This document shows, in pieces, positions 57,301 to 64,000 of a stretch of DNA of 64,000 nt. The position numbers and the translations under genes were made by a program. Each line of letters opens with the position of its first letter. The first letter of the stretch is position 1. This DNA is from Pseudomonadota bacterium (GTDB taxonomy: Bacteria > Myxococcota > JACRCW01 > JAFGSX01). The notes below the pieces were generated by a model, which had not been told where the DNA came from, searched no databases, and saw only the letters and a list, made by a program, of their open reading frames with translations. The stretch lies in NCBI GenBank assembly GCA_043821645.1, contig JBDRCO010000051.1, forward strand, positions 1-64,000. Reading direction: 5' to 3'.

Positions 57301-58724
57301 TATGGATCGAAGACGACACCAGCTGGTTGCTGACGCCCGCGTCGAGCCCGGGACGACGGCAACGCGTTCTCTTCGCGCGAGCCTTCGAAGATGGCCTGGC
57401 TCTGGCCCTGGCCCTGCACGAACAGCTCCCCGAGCCCGAGAGCCTCGACGACGCCGCAACCATCCTGAGCCTGCCCCTCGCGGCGACGACGTCACGGCAG
57501 CATGTGCAGTGGGCCCTGGCCACGATGCTGGCGCACCAGCGCTCGGACGGAGGCTTCTCGAGCGATCGCGAGCTGCGCAGCTCGGTGCGTGCGACGCTGG
57601 TGGCGATCGAGGCGCTGTGTCAGCTCGAGGCGAGCTGGAACCTGCCCCAGCCGGCCCTCGAAGCGGCCCTGCGCTTCATCGATTCCGAGGTCGATGCCCG
57701 GGGGGCGCTCACACCTGAGCTGCTGGCCGCGGATGCCCAGGTCCGCGACCGCGAGAGACTGCGCAGTACAGCCCGGCTGGTTCGAGCCCTGGCACGGTCC
57801 CGCGCCGCCGATGCCCTGGTCGAGCGCGGCGCCCGTTACCTGTTGTCGCAGCTTGGCCCTGTGCACGACGCCAGGACCACGGCCCTCATGCTGCGCGCCC
57901 TGCAGGCGGTGGGCACCGATACCAATACACGCGACATCTTGCTGGAGCAGCTCCGCGAGGCCACACAAAGCGATCCCGAAACGTCCCTGCCCGTGTTCGC
58001 CGGCGAGATCGACGATGGCGCACAGGCTCAGATCCTGGCCAACGCCCAGGGATTGCTCGCGCTGCGCGAGCTTGGCGTGTGGGACGACCTGGCCCGCCAG
58101 GCCCTGCAGGTGACCCTGCGCGCGGTGGCAGCAGACGGCCTGCGCGTTCCTGTCGCGCAGCAGGCCGAGCTGCTGCAGGCACTGGCGTCGTTGCCCCGGG
58201 CACACGGCAGCGTGCCGAGCGCACGCCTCATCGTGGGCACCAGCGACGTCACCGTCAGCCCGACACAGCCGGCCTCCCTCGCGGTGGAACTCGGACCCGT
58301 CGATGGTCAGCTTGTCACAGGTGCCGGCCCCGTGCTGGTGCAACTGTGGCTGGAAGGCGAACCTTCGCTGCCCTTCACCGCGGGCCCGGCGGTCGACGTC
58401 GACATCCCGGCGCTGCTCACCCTGCAGGTGGGAGAGCTTCACCGCATCCCGATCACCTGGAGCGTCGACGACCCCCTGGTGCGGATCGAGGTGCAGTCCA
58501 GCCCCTGCCTGGCGGCGGCCGTGCGGACCTCACGCCGCCACATCGTCCCGCGCAGCGACGGAATCGCGAGCGCGGTACTGGCTGTGGGCGAGCGAACGGC
58601 AGCGATGCTCGAGTTGCTGGCACTGTGCCCGGGCCACCTGGCGCTCCCGGTGCTGCATGTGGCGCCTGCCAGCGAGCCCTGGCGCATCACCACGACGCGT
58701 CCGGGACTCGTGGTCATCGAGTAG
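54348..58724 (+). CDS. Divergent alpha-2-macroglobulin-like exported protein
   Basis: MG2-like PGDEVEV...TDARG, LRRGDRLQL, TED-like QRSDGGF helical domain; TTGA overlap with the upstream gene. Confidence 0.7.
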   Translation: MSLPAPLRNIPPMGRAVHGCLLALCLGLSGALCQPTPPPLVLSGDEILHSGPLHLDETDLQALVTGDWIRVRGEITSDLPLSLGGRVHLSLRDLDEHPAAEGTTELQPSARGANFEVWMRPGLDSVRPGTLARYVVHGTIQGLGQTLRFRRSLYQASRQITAEVVLPAMPLPGHAFPVLASAPDQAQPLLLGIHALRGDDQAQTLGFVRFDEQGIASGTLRAPGDEPAPLRLNADLVAEDLRMAMPTSSVASSRPLIDLFVGGHSAAPGDEVEVVAWVRERDGRPRTAAPGMLCLSIAPQQESLCWPVRTDARGLVQDRIEVAPALAGLDVVLDLEIAGAAAQGTLAVSALPSLELPLPTLQTPGRTASGDLRVPVLLASTLPGHRLHAELHLEQASGPLIAELDLPLDGNLDELVLPVPAAAVHAASRWSLLLGAEDPLGRRTASARSLMAAPGDLAVALHTAELWAGQPFCALVTTATLDGQPVPSSGVLDLGEHHRSFSAGADGTALLCGLEVPAGDSLARVQVVDVEGRSGEWQGTLQISPADAAGMTLHLPLVVPDDANLPIALSARGDARLLESWFLASGRVVDLAREPSANLRVATSDAEQVLTLASFASAGDGLLLRRERRLLPADDGRRLQLDLDAQGRVLPRLRQRDPAASAPAWVTRAGSPDLNAGLWIDETRARALALEHPESSAQDCLAASLLPVSSLSGNLSPSAPGPEDLAVALAKVVTDLEAIARDLGQQLSLGELVAADLNDWVGRRARVYYDPWGQPYALWLADGQLWLESTGFDELAGTPDDRRSGRYLHSLLETAPVVETPAAVEAPWARAIRPWPTHVVSDNEPITPWHDGQPLEIVALTSGGRAYTTRASAAPALELLAPVSLRLRRGDRLQLETLVRCAGPCTAGVEAWVEDPTHLLLEEDPALLGSTTGWQRWRISLRALTDRSTTLHVVARDDDARRDRAIGIVSRDQDQERGVLASQTLWIEDDTSWLLTPASSPGRRQRVLFARAFEDGLALALALHEQLPEPESLDDAATILSLPLAATTSRQHVQWALATMLAHQRSDGGFSSDRELRSSVRATLVAIEALCQLEASWNLPQPALEAALRFIDSEVDARGALTPELLAADAQVRDRERLRSTARLVRALARSRAADALVERGARYLLSQLGPVHDARTTALMLRALQAVGTDTNTRDILLEQLREATQSDPETSLPVFAGEIDDGAQAQILANAQGLLALRELGVWDDLARQALQVTLRAVAADGLRVPVAQQAELLQALASLPRAHGSVPSARLIVGTSDVTVSPTQPASLAVELGPVDGQLVTGAGPVLVQLWLEGEPSLPFTAGPAVDVDIPALLTLQVGELHRIPITWSVDDPLVRIEVQSSPCLAAAVRTSRRHIVPRSDGIASAVLAVGERTAAMLELLALCPGHLALPVLHVAPASEPWRITTTRPGLVVIE

Positions 58725-58924
58725 CTGGCCAGGGACGGATCCAAGCGCGATCTCGGTGTGTCGAAATCGCGGAGCGTCCAGCGTGGGAGTTCCATCGCAT
58801 GCAAAATCGTGTTGGTTCGAACCGTTGGTGGGCCCGCCTCCACCGGCGACGCTTCTTGCCCTCGTGAGATCGGTAGGGAGTGTCGCCCGGGCCCCAAGAC
58901 AGAACGCATCCATACGATCTGAGA

Positions 58925-60736
58925 TCAGGGTTGCCCGAGCAGCTCCAGACGCAGGCGCATCTTGACATCGCCGTCGGTGTACAGGGCGCCGTGGTGCTGA
59001 TGCACCGGGTGAATCTCGGATCCCTCGAGCACGGCGCTGGTCTGGGTCACCGTGCCGTCGCCGTGCTCGGACTCGTCGAACCTGGGCGAGATGAAGCGGC
59101 CGTCCCGATCGCGCTGCACCGTGATGCGGGTGATGGTCTTGTGGCCGTAGCCGAAGATGGACACCACGGGCACGCGGCTGCGCGCACCCACCTCCGACAG
59201 AAATGCCCGTGCGTCGTCGAGCAGCGGCAACACCTCGTCCGGGACCCAGCGCCGGTCCGCGAACAGGTCGATGGGCCGGCCGTCCGCCTCGAACACCTGG
59301 GGTTCGGTGGGCAGCAACTGGTACGCCGCAGGGAAGGTCCCCATGACGTCGCGCAGACGCTCCTTGCGCGCGCCGAAACTCATCAGGCCCAGGCCCGTGA
59401 GCATGGCCGCCAGGGTCTTGAGCGTGCCGCGGTTGGGGCTGCCCATGAGGATCAAGCGATCGACATGATGACGGCCGCCCATGCGCTCGATGTAGTAGCG
59501 CGCCACCAGGCCACCGGCGCTGTGGGCGACCAGCACGAACTTGCCGTGGCTCAGATCAGCGTGTTCCTGCCACTGGGCGATGCACTCGCCAAGCTGCCTG
59601 GCAGCATGCCGAAGGTCGCGGCGCCAGTCGTAGGCAAAGGAGAAAAGGTTGATACCTTCCTCGTACAGCAGCGCATCCCGCAGGTACTCGACCAGACGAT
59701 TGTAGGCGTCGAGCTTGACCAGACCCGGCACCACGATGACCTCGCTGACCAGCCCCCGGGGCTCTAGCCCCAGGGACTCGGGCAGCTTCAGGAACTCGGG
59801 CTTCTTGAGAAAACGCTTCACATCAGGCCACACCAGAACGTCGCCGTCGTAGAGCGTCGAGCCCATGAAGCCAGGCACCACCACCACCGGCTGCCGGCCC
59901 CTGGCCAGCTCGCGCAGGGGTGCGCGGCGTGGCACGGCCTGGGGAGCGACGTCACCACTGCGCTCGACCACACGCTCGATCGAGGGCCGCTCCAGCGAGG
60001 CCACGACCCCGGACCCGGGCCGCTCGCTGGCGGTGGAAGCCCGGGCACCAATGACCGTCGCGACCACGGACAGGTCGTCGTCGTCGAAGGGAGGCTGCAG
60101 CACCAGGGTGGCGTCGCCTATGGTCACGCTCATGCCGGATTGCAGCTCGCAGCGCTGCACCGCCCTGCCGTCGACGAAGGTGCCGTTGCTGGAGCCCTGG
60201 TCGACCAGCACCCAGGCCTCGCCCTCCCGCTCCAGGATGGCGTGAATGCGCGACACGTTGGTGTCCTCGAGAACCACGTCGGCCTTGGAGCTGCGGCCTA
60301 TGGTGGCGCGGACACCACGCAGGGGCAGGGCCCGGGTGGCGCCATGGAGCGAGATCACTAGCCGCGCCACGCTGTGATCGGTGAGAGTCTGATCCAGGGG
60401 CTCGCCCATGGCCGTGACCGCGGTGTTCTCCTGTTGCACGTCGTGGTCGGCGGCAAAGTAGCGCAGCCGGGTGCCGCCTATGGTCAGGATATCGCCGCCC
60501 TGCAGGGTGGCCTGGCGCACGCGGCGGCGGTTGTGCTTGAAGCCATTCTGGCTGCCCAGGTCCTCGATCACGACACCCGAGGTCTCGCAACGCACCAGGG
60601 CGTGGCGCCGCGACACCTTGAGGTCGAGCAGCACGACGTCGTTCTCGGGACCACGGCCTATGCTGATGCTGGGCGCGTCCAGCCTGTAACGGACCGGTGG
60701 TCCGCCAGCCGTCTCCACCAGCAGCGTGCCCCACAT
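58925..60736 (-). CDS. Tandem FHA-domain protein fused to an LCAT/lipase-type alpha/beta hydrolase
   Basis: Two IGR...VSRxHA...SxNG FHA domains; VPGFMGS, YDWRRD, AHSAGG, GDGTV, HHGAL. Confidence 0.9.
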   Translation of the reverse strand: MWGTLLVETAGGPPVRYRLDAPSISIGRGPENDVVLLDLKVSRRHALVRCETSGVVIEDLGSQNGFKHNRRRVRQATLQGGDILTIGGTRLRYFAADHDVQQENTAVTAMGEPLDQTLTDHSVARLVISLHGATRALPLRGVRATIGRSSKADVVLEDTNVSRIHAILEREGEAWVLVDQGSSNGTFVDGRAVQRCELQSGMSVTIGDATLVLQPPFDDDDLSVVATVIGARASTASERPGSGVVASLERPSIERVVERSGDVAPQAVPRRAPLRELARGRQPVVVVPGFMGSTLYDGDVLVWPDVKRFLKKPEFLKLPESLGLEPRGLVSEVIVVPGLVKLDAYNRLVEYLRDALLYEEGINLFSFAYDWRRDLRHAARQLGECIAQWQEHADLSHGKFVLVAHSAGGLVARYYIERMGGRHHVDRLILMGSPNRGTLKTLAAMLTGLGLMSFGARKERLRDVMGTFPAAYQLLPTEPQVFEADGRPIDLFADRRWVPDEVLPLLDDARAFLSEVGARSRVPVVSIFGYGHKTITRITVQRDRDGRFISPRFDESEHGDGTVTQTSAVLEGSEIHPVHQHHGALYTDGDVKMRLRLELLGQP

Positions 60737-60891
60737 CGATGTCAACGCGCCCTCTTCATGTGCCGTAGCTGTACCAGCGCCCCTCGAGGGGGTCAACGCG
60801 GCGACGCCGGACACCCCACGTTGACGACGGGACCGGGGGCATGGGAACCTGACGACGACATCGCGGCTGACAGCCCGGCGGGAGAGTACGC

Positions 60892-61098
60892 ATGTTCGAT
60901 GGCATCAAGGTCTTCACCGCGACCAAGGCCAAGGAGCGCGAGGAACTGGGCGAGGTTGCCACGGCCTGGATGCAGCAGCACCCGGAGCTCGAGGTCGTCG
61001 ACAAGGTGGTGACCCAGTCCAGCGACAGGGAGTACCACTGCCTGACCATCACGCTATTTTACACGGTGCGCCCGATCTCGAAGACGGGCACGCGCTGA
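60892..61098 (+). CDS. Small conserved myxobacterial-type hypothetical protein (68 aa)
   Basis: GGGAG RBS; KVFTATKAKEREELGE...VTQSSDREYHCLTITLFY, a motif I recognise from Myxococcota hypothetical proteins. Confidence 0.8.
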   Translation: MFDGIKVFTATKAKEREELGEVATAWMQQHPELEVVDKVVTQSSDREYHCLTITLFYTVRPISKTGTR

Positions 61099-61139
61099 CA
61101 GAACTCGCCCGTCGTCGGCACGAGATCGGATGAGGGACG

Positions 61140-62816
61140 CTAGTAGACGGACTTGAAGCGCAGGGGCAACACGACCTCGAGCTCGCTCGACGGCCGCGGG
61201 AAGGTCCAGCGACGCATGCGCTGCGTGAGCAGGCTGGCCAGGTAGCCACCCTCTTCGCCCGGTGCCTGCACGCTGACCTGCTTCACCCGTCCATCCCGGC
61301 CAATCACGATGGACGTATCCACCACTCCAGCTAGCGAGGGGTTGCGCTTGAGGGCGGCGGTGTAGGCGGACTCGAGCTGCGGCAAGCGCGTCTGGACCAC
61401 GCGGGCCACGTGCTCAGCGGTGAGCTCACCAGGCAGCATGACCTCGGGGCTGTCCGCCATCACCGGAGCGCCGAGATCGAGCGACGGCGCGGGAGCCTGC
61501 AGGGCTGACCAGTCCGCACCCGGGCTCACCGCTTGGCCGGTGGCGCCGGTCTTGCGATCAAGCACAGGGTCGACAACGTGCGAGGTCTGGACCGCCGAGG
61601 ACAGGTCCACGGTGGCCCCGGGCGCTGCCACGACGCGCGGCACGCGCGGCGCGACCGGACGCAGGGGAAGCGTTGCCTCGCCGATGCTGGCTGGCGCAAA
61701 AGTGGGGAGCCGCACGCCCTGGCCCCGACGGGGATCGAGAGCGCGGCGGACTTTGTCCACCAGGGCGCGCCCGGGACTGTAGCTGGCGGCCACGTGACCC
61801 TGGGCGTCCACTGGCGGCGCCAGGGCCAGCACCAGACTGTCGCGGGTGAGCCAGGCCACCAGCACGGCACTCGCCAGGAACAGCGCGCCGATGACCGCCA
61901 CGGCGGCCACCGCCTTGAAGCGGCGGCGCTGCGGCAGCAGGTGCACACCCGTGATCATGGCCGTCGTCCCCGGCAGGTCCGGAGGAAGATCGCGTTGCCA
62001 CAAGGACTGTTGTAGCCGCTCGTCGATGACGAACCAGCCGCTGTCACCGAGGCGGATGGTCTGGGTGGTGTCGAAGTTTGGCTCGTCCTCGGGCACCACG
62101 GCCCGGTTGAGCATCCGCGGCTTCTCAACCGGCGTGACCTCGTTGGCCAGCGATCGTGTCAGCCCACTGGGTTCGCGCGCCTTGTCGGTCTCGACCGGCC
62201 TCACCTGCTGTTGCAGGACCGCAGCCAGGGCCGAGGCGTCGAAGAGCCCGGAGGCCGCGAACACGCCGCTCTCCATACCTGTCATGCGACGAGGCTGCTC
62301 GGCGGCGCGTTGACGACGCTGGATGGCGTCCCGCAGGAAGGCCAGCCCCGGTGCCTTGTCGATACGCTGCCAGCTCCCCTGGCCGGTCCGCCAGGCATAC
62401 GTACGCAGGGTCAGCGCGCCGCGCTGGGCGTAGACCAGCAGCTCGTCGCGCCCCAGGGGCCCGGTGGGCTTACCGCGAAGGCCTATCCACCATTCCTGCT
62501 CGGCGGGCTCGCGCCGCGGCGCATGGCGCGGGATGGCCTGCTTGACGTCGGAGATCTGCGAGGGAAGGTGCACACCGTTGAGGCGGTGCTCGAGTTCGGG
62601 ACGGACCGCGGAGACATCCACGCGCTCCACCCGGGTGTTGACCGAAGCAACCTGGGCCATGGCTTCAAAGGCTCCCGGAGCGCCGGCCGGCGGAGGCCCC
62701 ATCACCTCGACCACAGACCTGCAGCGCTTGCAGCGAATCTTGAGCACACGGCCAGCTATCCGTTGATCCGGAATGGCATAGCGCGTGTTGCAGTGTTCGC
62801 AGGTGAAACGCACCAT
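61140..62816 (-). CDS. Second AgmX/GltJ-like protein (zinc ribbon, GYF_2, TM, AgmX C-terminal domain)
   Basis: CEHC...IRCKRC; WWIGLRGKPTGP...YAWRTGQGSW; TM; YTAALKRNPSLAG...RWTFP. Confidence 0.82.
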   Translation of the reverse strand: MVRFTCEHCNTRYAIPDQRIAGRVLKIRCKRCRSVVEVMGPPPAGAPGAFEAMAQVASVNTRVERVDVSAVRPELEHRLNGVHLPSQISDVKQAIPRHAPRREPAEQEWWIGLRGKPTGPLGRDELLVYAQRGALTLRTYAWRTGQGSWQRIDKAPGLAFLRDAIQRRQRAAEQPRRMTGMESGVFAASGLFDASALAAVLQQQVRPVETDKAREPSGLTRSLANEVTPVEKPRMLNRAVVPEDEPNFDTTQTIRLGDSGWFVIDERLQQSLWQRDLPPDLPGTTAMITGVHLLPQRRRFKAVAAVAVIGALFLASAVLVAWLTRDSLVLALAPPVDAQGHVAASYSPGRALVDKVRRALDPRRGQGVRLPTFAPASIGEATLPLRPVAPRVPRVVAAPGATVDLSSAVQTSHVVDPVLDRKTGATGQAVSPGADWSALQAPAPSLDLGAPVMADSPEVMLPGELTAEHVARVVQTRLPQLESAYTAALKRNPSLAGVVDTSIVIGRDGRVKQVSVQAPGEEGGYLASLLTQRMRRWTFPRPSSELEVVLPLRFKSVY

Positions 62817-62978
62817 GACCTCCGTTCGGTCGAGGCTCAGACCACCGGAGGCCCCGTGGGGTTCCGATGTCGTCTCAGCGCTCACCTCCAATACAGGCTG
62901 CGCTGCTCTTTTGGCCGATCCTGCTGCCCCGGGCCCTGATCTGCGGTGGCACCCTAGCACAGCTGGGGTCGATCAACA

Positions 62979-63009
62979 AAACCGAATAACGCATTGCGTT
63001 ATCTGGTTT
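62979..63009. promoter_or_regulatory. Palindromic operator-like site
   Basis: AAACC-GA-ATAACGCA-T-TGCGTTAT-CT-GGTTT, an AT-rich inverted repeat about 165 bp upstream of the second AgmX-like gene. Confidence 0.55.
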
Positions 63010-63065
63010 CTCTACCCCCACCCGAACTCCACTGCTTGCAGGTCAGGCCTCGTTCTCACGCTGGG

Positions 63066-63716
63066 CTACTCGAACAGATCGGGGGTGCCGTCCAGATCGT
63101 CGTCGGACAGGGCCTCCCAGCCCTGCAGCGCATCGTCCACCCCGTCACCATCCGCATCGCCGTCCTCGGCATCCGGACTGCCATCCCCGTCGTCATCGCC
63201 ATCCGTGAGGTCCGGTGCGCCGTCGCCATCGCGGTCATTGAGCGCAAACGGATTGTGCGCGTCATCCAGGACCAGCCGGGCCGAGCCCGGGTACCCAGGG
63301 GTGCCGAGATCCAGATCGGCGACGTTCACGGGCAAGCGCGAGCTGAGCCCACCCAGCCCATCGTCGAAGGTCAGCCGTGCCACCAGCCGCCCTGGCGATC
63401 CCGCGCCGCCAGCACCGGGGGTCTGCACCGCTAGCACCGGCGATTCCCCCACGGGCAGGTATGCCTGCAGGTGGAGCTGCACCGAGGGATCGATGGTGGA
63501 CGAGGTATGAAAGGCGAACTGCTCGCGGGGCACCACCACCGCCGCCAGTTGCAGACCCGTGACCTGGTTGCCGAGCGAGGCCGCCAGCTCCGCGGGCAGA
63601 TCGAGCTGGATCAGGCGAGTGCCTGCGGGCCTTTGACCGGCACCGGTCAGCGCGTCACAGGCGACGACACCGAGCAGCAGGAGCACCACAACGACGGCCG
63701 GGGTCCAGAGCTTCAC
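63066..63716 (-). CDS. Lipoprotein with C-terminal Ca-binding DxDxDG (TSP3-like) repeats
   Basis: AAGGAGG RBS, lipobox VVAC, DRDGDGAPD/DDDGDGSPD/DADGDGVDD/DDLDGTPD. Confidence 0.78.
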   Translation of the reverse strand: MKLWTPAVVVVLLLLGVVACDALTGAGQRPAGTRLIQLDLPAELAASLGNQVTGLQLAAVVVPREQFAFHTSSTIDPSVQLHLQAYLPVGESPVLAVQTPGAGGAGSPGRLVARLTFDDGLGGLSSRLPVNVADLDLGTPGYPGSARLVLDDAHNPFALNDRDGDGAPDLTDGDDDGDGSPDAEDGDADGDGVDDALQGWEALSDDDLDGTPDLFE

Positions 63717-64000
63717 GCAGTCCTCCTTGGCCGGCGACGATGGGCGAGCAGCAGCACCGCACCGAGGATACAGACCGCCGGCTCCGGGCGCGCGCCCACG
63801 CCGTGGCACAGGCAACCTTCTTCCTGCGGGGGCACGGGCGGCGGGCCCTCGTCCACGCGCCGGGGATCCGGCCGGGTGCCTGGTCCACCCGACGTGCCAC
63901 TTCCCTCGTCCGCGCACCCGTCCTCCTTGACCGCCGCCGCAGGCAGAGACACGGGGCACTGGTCGCACAGGTCGCCCACGCCGTCCAGGTCGTAGTCTTC
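63713..64000 (-). CDS. C-terminus of a TSP3-repeat surface protein with a MYXO-CTERM-like sorting signal (partial)
   Basis: DYDLDGVGDLCDQCP, then GCLC + hydrophobic helix + RRRPRR; GTGA overlap with the next gene. Confidence 0.72.
   Translation of the reverse strand, partial: EDYDLDGVGDLCDQCPVSLPAAAVKEDGCADEGSGTSGGPGTRPDPRRVDEGPPPVPPQEEGCLCHGVGARPEPAVCILGAVLLLAHRRRPRRTA

Noticed and set aside
58725-58924. 200-bp gap between convergent genes as a possible sRNA
   Set aside because: No convincing promoter, terminator or extended pairing found by eye.
1-64000. CRISPR arrays, IS elements, integrases, prophage genes, rRNA/tRNA
   Set aside because: No regularly spaced direct repeats or diagnostic motifs seen; the visible repeats are all coding low-complexity tracts.

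Overview
High-GC (roughly 65-70% by eye), gene-dense bacterial chromosomal segment, most likely Myxococcota or related Deltaproteobacteria (TIGR04552-like gene, two AgmX/GltJ-type proteins, a MYXO-CTERM-like tail, many lipoproteins). About 51 CDS; I saw no rRNA, tRNA, CRISPR array, transposase, integrase or reverse transcriptase. The content is mostly cell-envelope and surface biology: a giant FN3/beta-propeller lipoprotein; an A-B-B-A-B array of membrane-anchored disulfide-domain proteins and double-DUF1566 lectin-fold lipoproteins followed by a GT-C glycosyltransferase; a four-gene polyprenol-phosphate-sugar/GT-C/phosphotransferase operon; and a 47.8-64 kb block with two GltJ-like proteins, a RelA/SpoT-like nucleotidyltransferase, an NlpC/P60 enzyme, a thioester-less alpha-2-macroglobulin with a pseudopilin-like insert and an FHA-FHA-lipase. 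Other oddities are a YchF paralogue with a broken P-loop, a stand-alone GlmU N-terminal domain and several structured intergenic elements. All family calls come from motif recognition by eye; no searches were run, and start codons were chosen from RBS and overlap context.
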